The translations under genes and the position numbers were made by a program. A stretch of 64,000 nucleotides of DNA, from contig CAVYVK010000011.1 in NCBI GenBank assembly GCA_963771935.1, positions 1,302,127-1,366,126 of the forward strand, in the 5' to 3' direction. Positions 40,090 to 50,982 of this stretch are shown piece by piece. How positions within the stretch are numbered: position 1 is the stretch's first letter; every line of letters begins with the position of its first letter. The notes under the pieces were generated by a model. It saw only the letters and a list, made by a program, of their open reading frames with translations, did no database searches and was not told the origin of the DNA. Origin of the DNA: an uncultured Planctomycetaceae bacterium (GTDB lineage: Bacteria > Planctomycetota > Planctomycetia > Gemmatales > Gemmataceae).

Positions 40090-43000
40090 TCAGTCGCCCA
40101 CCCGCGCCCCGACCGTCGCCAGCTCGTTGAACCGATCGACCGATTCGCCCGCCGACCACGCGATGCCGCGCAGCAGTAAAATGCGGTACAGCGGATCGTC
40201 GAAGGTCCAGGTGAAATGGCCCGGAATGCTGACGAAGACGCGGCCCTTGCCCTGCTCGCGCGTCCAGAACAGCGGCTGGGGCTTGCCCTCCTCGACGCCG
40301 GTCGCCAGCACGTCCACCTTGGCCGGGTCGCCCGTCAGGTTCCAGTAGCTCTCGTCGTCGAGTTCCAGTTTGTCGAAGTTACGGGCGATCGGGTGCTTCG
40401 AGCCGCCGAAATCCAACATCTGCGTGCCATGGCGGTACTTCGCCCCCTTGCCCCACGCCAGGCCGATCCGGACGGCGTACTCCTCCGGCGCCTCGCCGCC
40501 GTTCACGCCCCAATGGATCAGAACCAGCCCGCCGCCGCGCTCGAGAAAGGCGTCGAGTGTCCTTGGCCTTGTCGGCCTTCCAGCCGGGGTTGCTGGAGTA
40601 CATCACGACCACGTCCGCCTTCTGCCACTGCTCGGCGGTCGGCCAGCCCTCGGCCGTCTCCACCGTCACGCCGTCGGCCAGCGCCAGCAGCGTCTTCCAG
40701 CGCTTCTGCCACAAAGGATAGTCGTGTTCTCCCGGCCCGTGGTCTTTCGAACCGGCCGACAGGACGATGCGCAGCTTGCGGGCGTCGGCCGCGGGCGGCG
40801 CTGCCCTTCAACGCCGCCTCCACTTCGGCCATCTTGCGCGGCGGCGGCGGCCCGTCGCGCTCCAGCTTGGCCGGCTGCAACGGCTCCGTCAGCAGGAACG
40901 TGAGCAGGTCGCGCATCCGCTCCGGCCCCACGGTTTTTTCCAGCCCTTCGGGCATGATCGACAGGGCGGACGGATGCAGCGCCTCCACGTCGGAGCGGCG
41001 GATGCGATATTCCCGCCCTTGCGTGTCGCCTATTATCAGATCGTCGCCCTCGGTGCGCGGCACGCCGGTCAAAACGCGGCCGTCCTTCATCTCGACGAGG
41101 CAAGTGAGATAATCGGGATGGATCGTGGCGCTTGGAAGGCGGATGTCGCGCCGGACGGACTCGTAATCGCGGTGGATCAGGTTCGACAGGTCGGGGCCGA
41201 TGCGGCCGCCGCGGCCGTGGACCTGATGGCACTTCGCGCACTGGGCCTGGTCGCTGAAGAAGACCGAGCGGCCGCGCGCCCAGTCGCCGCCCTTCAGCTC
41301 GGGGATTTCCCGGTCGGCGTCCAGCGCGGCGTCGGCCGGCCGCGTCAGGGCCGCCCAGGGCAGGAGCAGCCGATGCAGCGGCAGCGCCCGCGGCCGGTCG
41401 TCCTCATTCGTCGAATAAGCGACGTGGAGGTCCGCATCCTCGCCGGTTTGCAGCGAGATTTCCAGCGGGTATCGGCTCGTCCTTCTTCGGCCGCATTTTC
41501 AGGGTGATCCGTGGCTTAAACTTGACCGAGCCAACGATACCGACGGAGGCAAGCTTCCTGACGTCCGGCGGCGTCGTTATTTCCAGACGGCGGGCAGGAC
41601 TGAAGTTTAGCTCTACTTCCTCATCGGGCAGCGTGTAATCGAGTGTCGATCCCGGCTGCACCGCCGGGCGCAGCATTTGCCACAGGTCGAGCTTGGTGCG
41701 CAACGTCAGCGTCCCCGGTTGCTTCATCAATTCCCACAGCCGATCGTGTTCCGCGCTGCCGGCGGTGAACGCGCGGGCGACCGATAGATCGAGATGAGGC
41801 AGCCAACCGTCCCAGGTTCCGCCGCCGGACTTCGCGCGCCACGACGCTTCCACGCCGGACAAATCGTATCCGACATCGACGGCGGCGACCTGCGGCAGCT
41901 CGCCGGCGCCGGGCTTGTCGGGCCGGCCGAAGCCCTCCAGCGTCAGCGCGTAATCGACCGCTTCCGGCTGGGCGTCGGTGGTCAGGATGAGCGTGCGCCG
42001 GTCGCCGCTGACCTCCGCCGAGCGCACGGCCAGGCCGTAGCGCGGCGTCGCCAGCTGGCGCCGCACCGCTTCATAGCCGGGCCGCTTTTGCTCGAAGCGG
42101 TCGCCGGGCCGGACGTACTTGCCGTACTCGATGCTCGCCCGGCTCGCCAGGTCCTTCAGCTGGGCCGGTGCGAGAGGGGCGTCGAAGGCGACGCGCACTT
42201 CATGCGGCCCGGCCGCCCACGCCGTCACCGGCTGCGGCGTCCCTTTACCGACATAGGCGATCTTGTAGAGCTTGCCGTGACCGGCCGGCCCGGTCCCCCA
42301 GTCCGGCTCGCCGCTGTGGCAGTCCACGACCAAGTCGCCGGCCGGCGACACGCAGCAATCCAGCGTCAACATACCCAAGCACGCCAACAGGTCGGTGCGG
42401 CCGACGTAGCCGGCCGGCGTACGGACCAGCTTGGTGCGGAACAACTTGCCGCGCGAATAGCCGGCGATGAGGGCGTCGCCGGCCCACCACGACGGCCCGA
42501 AGATCGGTCCCTTGTTGACCGACTCGTCGAAGACCAGGCCGCAGGTGGATTGGTGCTGCGGGCCGTAGTCGAAGACGCTCGGCTCGTCGATGACATTGGG
42601 GAGGTGTTTTGGGTGCCGCGGCGGGAAGCCGTAGTGGCGGCCCGGCTGGATGTGCAGCAGCTCGTCGAACGGGTTGCCGTTGGCCAGCCACGTCGCCCCC
42701 TCCTGGTCGGTGGCGAAAAGGTCGCCGTCGCGGTTGAACGCCAAGGCGACGGTGAAGCGGACGCCGGTGCAGACGATCTCGCGTTTCGAGAAGTCGGGCG
42801 ACACCTTGAGGATCGTGCCGCGTTCGCTCTTGAGGTCGTAGTGAGCCTGCCCCGCTTTGTCGATCAGGTAGGGGTTGGTGTAGTCGGCGGTCCCCAGGCC
42901 GAAATAGAGATTGCCGTCTTTGTCGAGGGCGACGCCGAGGGCGTCCACGTTCTGCGGGATCTCCTTCCAGCCCGTGGCGACGACGATCTCCTTGTCGGCC

Positions 43001-44212
43001 TTGCCGTCGCCGTCCGTGTCCACGATGAGGGAGATTTTGCCCTTGGACGCGACGAAGACGCCTTGGCCGCGCGGATAGCCGGGCGGCGTCAGCGCCATGC
43101 CGATCGGACTGCGCAGGGCGCCCTTGCTCTCCCAAAACAGGTCCGCCTTGTCTTCCAAGCCCGTCTTTTTGCTGTCCGATAACAGGTAAATGTCGCCGTT
43201 GTAGGCGAGGGCGACCAGCTTGCCGTCGGGCCGGTAGCGGACGTTGTTGATGTTCGGCAGATCGAGGGGCAGTGGGCGGACGACGAAGCCGGGGACGAGG
43301 ATCTGCACCGGCGGCGGATCGGCGACGAGGACGAGCGGTTTGGCGCCGATCGATCCGCGCGGCGCCGCGATTTTGGCGGTCTTGCCCTGGCGACGGCGAG
43401 GTAATCGTCCAGCTTCTTGAGTTCCTCGTCGCTGAGGGCGCGGTCGTAAATGAGGACTTTCAGGATCGCACAAGAGAGGAAGCAGCGAACGCTGGCGGGG
43501 CCGCCTTCATTGTTGAAGCAGCGCGCGCCGACCACGAAGTCGTCCAGGTGCAGCACGCCGTCGCCGCGATCGCGCTGGCCGTTGGGCTTGCCGTCGGCGA
43601 AAAGCCGCACGCCGCCGGGGCCGGAGGCGGTCACGATCGCCAGCCGCCGCACGGCGCCGAAATCGGAAGCGTCGCGCAACAGATTGGCCGCGCCGCTGCA
43701 GCCGGCGCCCTCGACGTTCAGCGTGGAGAATCGAGGGGTCGTTCCGGGACCGAGGTCGATGTTCAAGCCTGTGGTATAGTCGTTTTTGCCGCTCTGGTTC
43801 AGCGCCAAAAGGCGCGAAAATCGCCGGAATCGTCGAACGGGGCCGCGACCAGGACGACGGTCGCCTGGGGGAACGACCGCCCCAGGCCGGTCAACGCCAG
43901 GTGGGTTCCCTCGCCGGAGAAGAGGAGGGCGGGCGCGTCGCCGCCGAGGAAGGTCGGCCGAGCGCCGGCGTTCAACTGCGTCGGGTCGCGGCCGCGGCCC
44001 GAGGCGTCGTACCAGGTTTCGACCTTATCGCCATCCACAAGCTCCTTTTCTCCATGCACCCGGCGCGCGGCGTTCAGCCGGCCGGCGTCGAGCCACAGTT
44101 GCAGACCGTCCGTGACGGGCAAGGCGGGGTCGGCCCATTTTTCCGGCTTGTCGCCCGCCCACGCCGGAGCGGCGATGATCAGGAGCAGCAACGCGAGGAC
44201 GCGACGGGACAT
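40090..44212 (-). CDS. Multidomain secreted protein: LamG-like + beta-propeller dehydrogenase-like + cytochrome c + ThuA-like; at least five frameshifts
   Basis: The signal peptide is MSRRVLALLLLIIAAPAWA. The propeller region is GFPPRHPKHLPNVIDEPSVFDYGPQHQSTCGLVF. The heme motif is QCAKCHQVHGRGGRIGPDL. The ThuA-like C-terminus is WQKRWKTLLALADGVTVETAEGWP...VFVSIPGHFTWTFDDP. The protein is traceable through ORFs 43799, 43089, 41404, 40518, 40379 and 40090. Confidence 0.7.
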
Positions 44213-44234
44213 GGGACCGTCCTTTTGGGACTGG

Positions 44235-44295
44235 ACCAGCCCGAAGCGCCAGCGAGGGATTCGGGCAAAATCCCTCGCTGGCGCTTCGGGCTGGT
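44235..44295. repeat. Palindromic element, diverged family-2 variant (27-bp stem)
   Basis: ACCAGCCCGAAGCGCCAGCGAGGGATT (44235..44261) pairs with AATCCCTCGCTGGCGCTTCGGGCTGGT (44269..44295). Confidence 0.9.
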
Positions 44296-44305
44296 GACAC
44301 GACGT

Positions 44306-45577
44306 TCAATCGCCGATCTCGATCTCGACGTTCGATTTGTCTAGCAGCACGGTTTTCATGTCGGCGCTCATGCTCATGGATCCGTCGGACGCTTCCAGCT
44401 GGCAGTGTTCCAGCTTGATACAGCCGTCGATTATTGTCACGCGGTCGGCATATCCCGTCCAACGCATGTCGCCGTGGATTATTTCGATGGACTTGCGGCC
44501 GTGATCTGCGCAAATGCGGATGTGCGTGGTCGGCCGTTTTTCCGCCTCGACGGCGGCGCATTGCGTGCAAGCCGCGGACGTGCAGCAACTGTGCGCCGAC
44601 GCCGCGCAGGATCCCGTGCAGGTTCCCGACGCCGACATCTCCGGGCAATACAGCGGCGGGTGCTGCAAGTATTCCGCCTGCGACACGGCCGGCTCGTCGG
44701 AGGAGGACGTGCCGGTCACCGTCGATGCCATCTCGGCGGCCACGTCGAAGAACCCCACGAGGACATCGACGAAGTCGCCGACGCCGGCCGGCGCCGCGTC
44801 CTCTTCCTCTTCCTCACAGACCTTGGCCTTGGGGCAGGAACAGCCGGACGCCGCCTCTTTCCGCTTCTCGGTCTCGACCTTCGTCACCGTGACCTCGACC
44901 CAGGACGTGCAGGCGCCGTTGGAGTCGTGCGTCAGCTCCAGCTTCGTCGCCTTGCCGAACACGACGGGCAAGCGATGCTCCGTCGTCTCGGTGTGCGCCT
45001 GCAAGACGTTGTTGCCAGGGGTGAACGAGCTGCCTTGCTCGACGCGCAGGTTCAGGATGGCGCCCACGTCCAGCTTCGTCAGCGTCGCTTGCATCTGCAA
45101 GGTGGACTGCTCTTTCGACCCCGCGGCGGCGGTCTGGACGGTTCCCGTCTGGCCTTCCAAAACGCAGAGGCGCGGGTGCGAAATCGCGGTGTCCGGGTCG
45201 CCGTCGCCGCCCTCGACCATCTTCAAGTCCACGACGTATTCCTCGGCCGGCGCCGACGGGGACATGGTGCAAAGGGGGCAATTCGGGCACGAGCAGGACG
45301 GGCACGCGCAGCCGTCGCCGTAAGAGACGAAGCCGGCGGGCATCAGGGGGGCGGGGCAGGGACAGGGGAATGGCGCTGGAGCGAAGAACGACCACATGCC
45401 GGGCGGCAGCGCGGGCGTGCAGCAGGGGCGGTCCACGGCCACGGGCAGCGGGGCCGGCAGCAGCTCGGCGGTCGGACGGCTGGACGGCGGCGCCTCTTCC
45501 TCTTCCGCGCGGACGGTCACGGCGCCGACGGCGAGCAGCAGGGCGAGGGCCGACAGCCAGCGAATCTTCTGAATCAT
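44306..45577 (-). CDS. Secreted cysteine-rich protein of unknown function
   Basis: The signal peptide is MIQKIRWLSALALLLAVGAVTVRA. Two Cys clusters (PCCTPALPP...PCPCPAP...GCACPSCSCPNCPLC and CPEMSASGTCTGSCAASAHSCCTSAACTQC) flank a beta-rich core. An acidic stretch CEEEEEDAAP is present. The ORF is intact. Confidence 0.65.
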   Translation of the reverse strand: MIQKIRWLSALALLLAVGAVTVRAEEEEAPPSSRPTAELLPAPLPVAVDRPCCTPALPPGMWSFFAPAPFPCPCPAPLMPAGFVSYGDGCACPSCSCPNCPLCTMSPSAPAEEYVVDLKMVEGGDGDPDTAISHPRLCVLEGQTGTVQTAAAGSKEQSTLQMQATLTKLDVGAILNLRVEQGSSFTPGNNVLQAHTETTEHRLPVVFGKATKLELTHDSNGACTSWVEVTVTKVETEKRKEAASGCSCPKAKVCEEEEEDAAPAGVGDFVDVLVGFFDVAAEMASTVTGTSSSDEPAVSQAEYLQHPPLYCPEMSASGTCTGSCAASAHSCCTSAACTQCAAVEAEKRPTTHIRICADHGRKSIEIIHGDMRWTGYADRVTIIDGCIKLEHCQLEASDGSMSMSADMKTVLLDKSNVEIEIGD

Positions 45578-45663
45578 GAAACTCCCTCCACGTGTTCCGA
45601 TGCGGTTCGGACGCGGAGGGAGCGATAGCAGATGTCGTTTGCGGAATCGACGGCAACTTGCTT

Positions 45664-45730
45664 CCGTTTAGCCGCGACCCGAAGGGGAGCGCTTGGGCGA
45701 CGCGCTCCCCTTCGGGTCGCGGCTAAACGG
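45664..45730. repeat. Palindromic element, family 1 variant (29-bp stem, 9-nt loop)
   Basis: CCGTTTAGCCGCGACCCGAAGGGGAGCGC (45664..45692) pairs with GCGCTCCCCTTCGGGTCGCGGCTAAACGG (45702..45730). Confidence 0.9.
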
Positions 45731-45752
45731 CCGGAGGAACTTCCACGAACTC

Positions 45753-46265
45753 TCACACGCGCACCCCCGTCTCCCGTTCCATTCGGAGGGACGCGACGCC
45801 GGAGGGCGTGGGTCGAACCGTTGCCCATGCCTGCGACGGGACCGGCGCCGCTTTCACGACGGCCGTCTTGCGGCGGAAGCGCGGGAAGCCGATCAGGAAC
45901 GTCCCCAGCACCAGCGCCCCGAAGCTGATGTGGATCCAGGTGAAGAACTCGCGCGGCAGGTTGAAGAACAGGATGCTGTTGAAGAACCAGCCGACGGCGG
46001 AGGCGTTGACGCTCTGGCCGGACAGGGCGCGGAGGTCGCGCTCCCAGATGGTCAGCGGACAGGTGACGCCGCAGGCGGCCTCAGCGGCCACGATGCCAAT
46101 GCAGAGCAGGTGGATGACGCGGAACCACGGGTTGCGCACCCACTGCCATCGGCAGACGAGGCCGATCATGATGAGCAGCTGGCCGACGACGACGAAGCCG
46201 ACGAACAGCGTGTGGAAGGCGACGATGAAATCCGCGAGCGTGGAATAGTAGGCTTGGATGTCCAT
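45753..46265 (-). CDS. DUF2784-like integral membrane protein
   Basis: MDIQAYYSTLADFIVAFHTLFVGFVVVGQLLIMIGLV...CGVTCPLTIWE is a multi-TM small protein. Confidence 0.6.
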   Translation of the reverse strand: MDIQAYYSTLADFIVAFHTLFVGFVVVGQLLIMIGLVCRWQWVRNPWFRVIHLLCIGIVAAEAACGVTCPLTIWERDLRALSGQSVNASAVGWFFNSILFFNLPREFFTWIHISFGALVLGTFLIGFPRFRRKTAVVKAAPVPSQAWATVRPTPSGVASLRMERETGVRV

Positions 46266-46371
46266 GTTTCACTCCGAACGGGGAGGGCAAGATGGGAATC
46301 GCCTCCCCTGCTATCACGATGCCCGACTGGGTGATTTATTCCCTGGTTTTCAGGAGAATTCTTGGGGGATG

Positions 46372-47396
46372 TCAGGCGGCCCGGTTCGTCGCACCCGGCA
46401 CGATCCGCACGGCGTTGCCGTGGTAGACGCGATCGAGCACGTCGTCCGGCAGGTCCAGGCCGAGCAGCGGCGGTGTGGAGGGGCCGTCGGGCGCCGACGT
46501 GTAATCAGGGTCGGCGATGGGACTGCAGCCTTGCCAGGCGCTCTCCCAAAGGGTGCGCTGCGCCCAGTAGCGGCTGACGTAATGCTCGCGCGTCAGGCCG
46601 TGGCGCGTCACCAGATCGGAGCCGAACAGGAAGCGCTCGGGCTTGCGCATCACCAGCGCGGATCGCGTCGCGGTGGGCCGAAACCTCGCGCACTTGCCAT
46701 TTCGTCGCGCTGGTGTCCAGGTAGAGATGGGGATGCCGGTCGAGCAGCGCCTCCAGGTGATCGGCGTGTTCAGGATCGCCGCCCATGTGCGCGGCGATCC
46801 AGGTCATATCGGGGAACAGCTCCAGCATCCGCACGAGGCCGGTGTATTGATCGGGCTTCGTGCCGTACTTCGCCGCGTCGGCGTAGACCTTGTGGAACCA
46901 CACGTCGGGGTCGCTGACGTGGACCATGACGACGCGGACGCCGGCCGCGCGGGCGCGGCGCCGCCTCGATCCGCCACGGCGCGTCCACGAAAAGACCACG
47001 ATCCCGGCCGCGCGGCGCGGACCAGAACTTGATGACATCGACGCCCTGCTCTAGGAACCGATCGAGCAGCCGATAGGCCTCGTCGTCCGGCGCATCGAGC
47101 GCCTTTTTGCTGATGGGGCCGTTGAAGCGCAGCCGGTCGCCGAAGCGCTGGCGCAGCGCCGGAATGTCCTCCGGGGGACACATGGAATAGGTTTGCACGA
47201 CGCCGAACTCAGCGGCTGTCGCCAGCATGGTTTCCGCCTGGGCGACGGTCCACTCGGAATCGTCCTTGCTGCCCTCCGGCCGGGTGCGCAGGACGTGGGC
47301 GTGAACGTCGATGATCGGGCCGGCGTAGCGCAGGTGACGGCGGTCGGCGAAGTCCTGGCCGGTGACGTTGTGTTCGGGCGTAGCGGCGGACGACAT
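46372..47396 (-). CDS. Amidohydrolase-family (TIM-barrel metal hydrolase) protein, two to three frameshifts
   Basis: GPIIDVHAHVL (metal-binding HxH) is in ORF 46770..47417. VMVHVSDPDVWFHK...WIAAHMGGDPEH is in ORF 46505..47038. FLFGSDLVTRHG is in ORF 46372..46653. Confidence 0.65.
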
Positions 47397-47412
47397 GACG
47401 GCTCCGACAAAA

Positions 47413-47529
47413 TTCACCGCGGAGAGCGCGGAGAACGCAGAGAAAACAATCAGGAACGCTCCAAAGGTATTATACTGCCTTCGTCATTCCTTTTCTTCTC
47501 TCCGCGCTCTCCGCGCTCTCCGCGGTGAA
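47413..47529. repeat. Imperfect long hairpin with GGAGAGCGC-type internal repeats and an AT-rich 50-nt loop
   Basis: TTCACCGCGGAGAGCGCGGAGAACGCAGAGAA pairs with TTCTCTCCGCGCTCTCCGCGCTCTCCGCGGTGAA. The first 22 bp pair perfectly. Confidence 0.8.
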
Positions 47530-47542
47530 ACTTTTGCCCGTC

Positions 47543-48031
47543 TCAGAACAGGACCGGCTTGCCGAGCTTGCGTCGGACGACGCTGAACTGGCCGCCGTGC
47601 ATCTGTACGTGATCGGCGTTGAGCCCCACCAGCGCCCCGAGCGTGGGGGCCATCCGCGCGATCGAGCCGCTCGTCGGCTTGTCGAGGTCGGCGTCGGACA
47701 TCTTGGCGAGGGCGTTAATCGTCGCCTGCCGCACCTTGTTGAACAAATCGAGGTATTCGGCCTTGGTCCCGAATCCCGTATCTTTCGAGGCGGTTTCCTT
47801 CGTATGTCGCTCCGCGAAGCCGGCGGGGAGTTCGGGGTAAGCGGCGCCGGGCAGGTTTCCACTGCCCATGCCGTGTTCGGAGGCGATGAGATGGCCGAGC
47901 TGCCAGGCGATGTGGTTCGCGTTCGGGACCGGCCGGACGAGCAGGTCGGCGTCCGACAGGTCGCTCAGATAGTAGCCGAGCATGTTCTGGCTCATGGTCA
48001 ACGCGCCGCGGAGGAGGTCTTGCGCCTTCAT
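47543..48031 (-). CDS. DinB-family protein
   Basis: 162 aa, with HIAWQLGHLIASEH...NADHVQMHGGQFSVVRRKLG (DinB_2-like His triad). Confidence 0.75.
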   Translation of the reverse strand: MKAQDLLRGALTMSQNMLGYYLSDLSDADLLVRPVPNANHIAWQLGHLIASEHGMGSGNLPGAAYPELPAGFAERHTKETASKDTGFGTKAEYLDLFNKVRQATINALAKMSDADLDKPTSGSIARMAPTLGALVGLNADHVQMHGGQFSVVRRKLGKPVLF

Positions 48032-48144
48032 GGTGGCTCCTTTTGCCGGGTGAAATCGGTCGCCGCGGCCGTCCGGGCCGGCGACTTCCTTGCTGATTGT
48101 ATGGGGCCGGGCGCGTGGCGGAACGACAGCCGCGGGGATATATC

Positions 48145-48238
48145 AAGAGTGAGGAGTGAGGAGGGGGGAGTGAGGAGTAAAGACAAGCCAGCCGATCCCT
48201 CTTTTCTCCTCACTCCCCCCTCCTCACTCCTTACTCTT
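48145..48238. repeat. Unique long hairpin (33-nt arms, one mismatch, 28-nt loop) in a divergent intergenic region
   Basis: AAGAGTGAGGAGTGAGGAGGGGGGAGTGAGGAG (48145..48177) pairs with CTCCTCACTCCCCCCTCCTCACTCCTTACTCTT (48206..48238). The right arm ends 14 nt before the GTG start at 48253. Confidence 0.9.
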
Positions 48239-48252
48239 TTGGGAGCAAACGG

Positions 48253-49805
48253 GTGCCTGAACCTCTCCGTTGCGTCGCCCCCGACAGCATCGTCGCCGGC
48301 TGGGACTTCAGCACCGGCGCGGTCAAGTGCCTGGCCTTCGACCTCGACGGCCGCACCCTCGCCGAGGTCCGTCTACCGACCGACCTGTGGACGGCCGGCG
48401 GCGTCTCCGAGCTGAATCTGATGCAGCTGGAGGGCCAGGCTCGCGCCAGTACGCGCGCCCTGGCCGCCCGGCTGCGCGAGCTGGGTCGGTTGTCGCATTG
48501 GGTCGCCGGCGGCATTTCCGCCACGCACCACACCGCCGGCCGCATCGACCGCGACCGCGTCCAGGTGCGGCGGGCCATCTGCTGGAACGATCATACCCTC
48601 GCCGCCTACCACGCCCGCGGCCTGGAACGGCTCGGCGGCCCCGAGCGCGTTCGCCAACTGATCGGCGGGCCGTGGGCCGTGCGCTACTCGCTCAGCCATC
48701 TCGTCAAGGACGAGGAGCAACTATCCACGAGCGACTGGCGGCGCACCGACCGCGTCCTGCCGCACGGCGCCCTCGCCGCCGGCTTCCTCACGGGCGAGTT
48801 CGACGTGTGCAGCGTCTCCGCCGCCGCCTCCACCGGGATCATGGATTTGCGGACGAAGCAGTGGCGGCGCGAGATGCTCGACGCCCTGGCCGACGCGGAG
48901 CATCGCGATCTGGCATGGAAGCAGCTGCCGCGCATCGTGGAGGAAACCGAGCCTCATTGGGCCGCTGTCGCCGTCGCTGGCACTGGAGGCCGGCATCGAC
49001 CCGGCGCATCGGCCGCTGATCTTCCCCACGTCCGACGACCAGCAGGCGGGGTTGGCGGGCGGCGGCGCGGTGGACGCGGGACAGGTCGCTGTCATTCTCG
49101 GCAATTCGGCCGTGGTCAACTCCTCATCGGCCGAGGCTGCCGGCGTCGGGCAGTTTGGACGCGATGCGGCTGAACTGGGGGCCGTACCTGTGGATGCGCT
49201 GCTACAACAACGGCGCCCAGTTCCTGGACCGCGTCGTCGGCGAGCGGCCGGATTGGGAGCGGCTGGAGCGCGAAGCCCGCGCCTGCCCGGCCGGCGTGGA
49301 CGGCGTCGGCGTGCTGCCGTTCGCCTCGCCGGAGCCGTCGCTGGGCGTCCATGCGCCGCGGTTTGCGTGGCGGCCGTCGGAGCCGCCGGAGCCGGGGCGC
49401 CGGTTCCGAGCGTCGCTGGAGGCGCTGGCCTACCTGATCGCGCGCGGCGTCCAGGAGCACGAGGCGGCCGGCCAGAAGATCACCCGGATCACCGTTTCCG
49501 GCGGCATCGCTCGCAGCGATTTGATGTGCGAGATATTGGCGTCGGTTCTGGATCGACCGTTGGGGCGGTTGCAGTCGTTTGAAGGCCCGGCGCTGGGCGC
49601 CGCCGCCACGGCCCTGGCAGCGCTGGAGACGCACCTGCGGCGGCAAAAGGGCGTCACGGCGCCGTTCACGACCGCCGACGCCGTGGCCGTGCTGGTGAAG
49701 TTCCGCTCGCCGGTGGCGCCGAATCCGGCGTGGCGCTCCGCTTACCAGGAAGGGTTGCGGGCGTTCGAGAAGTGGTTGCAAGCAGGATCGGAGCCGCGAC
49801 CGTGA
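48253..49805 (+). CDS. FGGY-family carbohydrate kinase (xylulokinase-like), two frameshifts
   Basis: [21 protein letters not shown] (N-terminal ATPase motif) ... [15 protein letters not shown] ... [24 protein letters not shown]. The protein is traceable through ORFs 48253, 49052 and 49155. Confidence 0.7.
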
Positions 49806-49848
49806 GGGAGCGGGGTTCGCCTAAACCGCTCCCTCACGGTCGCGGCTC
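49791..49848. repeat. Palindromic element, family 1 (23-bp stem, 12-nt loop), left arm overlapping the kinase stop codon
   Basis: GAGCCGCGACCGTGAGGGAGCGG (49791..49813) pairs with CCGCTCCCTCACGGTCGCGGCTC (49826..49848). The TGA at 49803..49805 is the stop codon of the FGGY kinase. Confidence 0.9.
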
Positions 49849-49876
49849 CGACAATACCGAATTGCTGAGATCCGTC

Positions 49877-50869
49877 ATGACCGCTGAATACCCCATCGTC
49901 CGCCCGCGCCGCCTGCGCGGCCATCCGTTGCTCCGCAACCTCGTCCGCGAGACCGAGCTGACCGTTCGGGACTTCATCTTGCCGCTGTTCGTCCGCCCCG
50001 GCTGCGGGATCAAGAAGGAAATCGCCTCGATGCCCGGCAACCACCAGCTGAGCGTCGATCGGCTGGTGGAGGAGGTCGGCGCCGCGCTGGACCTGGGAAT
50101 CCAGGCGTTCATCCTGTTCGGCATCCCAACCCACAAGGATGCGACCGGATCCAGCGCCCTCGACGACGAGGGGATCGTGCAGCAGGCCTTGCGGGCGCTG
50201 CGCCAGCAGTACCAGGACCGCGCCCTGCTGATGACGGACGAGTGCTTCTGCGAGTACACCGGCCACGGACATTGCGGAGTCCTGAGTGAGAAGAGCGGCC
50301 GGCTCGACCTGGACAACGACGCCACGCTGCCGCTGTTGGCCGCGCAGTGCGTCAGCCACGCCCGGGCCGGCGCCGACGTGGTCGCCCCGAGCGGGATGCT
50401 GGACGGCATGGTCGGCGCTATCCGCTCCGGCCTCGACGCGGCCGGCTTCTCCCACGTCCCCATCCTCAGCTACGCGGCCAAGTACGCGTCGGCTTTCTAC
50501 GGCCCGTTCCGCGACGCCGCCGAGTCGCCGCCGCAGTTCGGCGACCGCAACGGCTACCAGATGGACCCGGCCAACGGCGACGAGGCGCTGCGCGAGGTCG
50601 CGCTGGATCTCGCCGAAGGGGCCGACCTGATTATGGTCAAGCCCGCCCTTTCGTATCTGGATATCATCCGTCGGGTGAAGGAGCGTTTCGGCGCACCGAC
50701 GGCGGCCTACAACGTCAGCGGCGAGTTTGCGATGGTGAAGGCGGCGGCGGCGAAGGGCTGGATCGACGAGCGGCGCGTGACGCTGGAGATCCTGACGAGC
50801 ATCAAGCGGGCCGGGGCCGACATGATTCTGACGTACCATGCACGGGACGCGGCGCGCTGGATAAAATAG
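49877..50869 (+). CDS. hemB: Porphobilinogen synthase (delta-aminolevulinate dehydratase)
   Basis: [14 protein letters not shown]...DFILPLFV...[14 protein letters not shown]...[11 protein letters not shown]...[12 protein letters not shown]...[14 protein letters not shown] is an unmistakable HemB sequence, with the active-site Lys in MVKPA. Confidence 0.92.
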   Translation: MTAEYPIVRPRRLRGHPLLRNLVRETELTVRDFILPLFVRPGCGIKKEIASMPGNHQLSVDRLVEEVGAALDLGIQAFILFGIPTHKDATGSSALDDEGIVQQALRALRQQYQDRALLMTDECFCEYTGHGHCGVLSEKSGRLDLDNDATLPLLAAQCVSHARAGADVVAPSGMLDGMVGAIRSGLDAAGFSHVPILSYAAKYASAFYGPFRDAAESPPQFGDRNGYQMDPANGDEALREVALDLAEGADLIMVKPALSYLDIIRRVKERFGAPTAAYNVSGEFAMVKAAAAKGWIDERRVTLEILTSIKRAGADMILTYHARDAARWIK

Positions 50870-50982
50870 CCTCTCGGCATATCGTTTGCTTCTTCACTCC
50901 TTTCTAATCGGTTCCGACAGGCGCGCGGCCGGCGCGCGGCCTGCCGGGGGCTTCCCGCCGGCATTGTCGAGGAGAAGCACCC

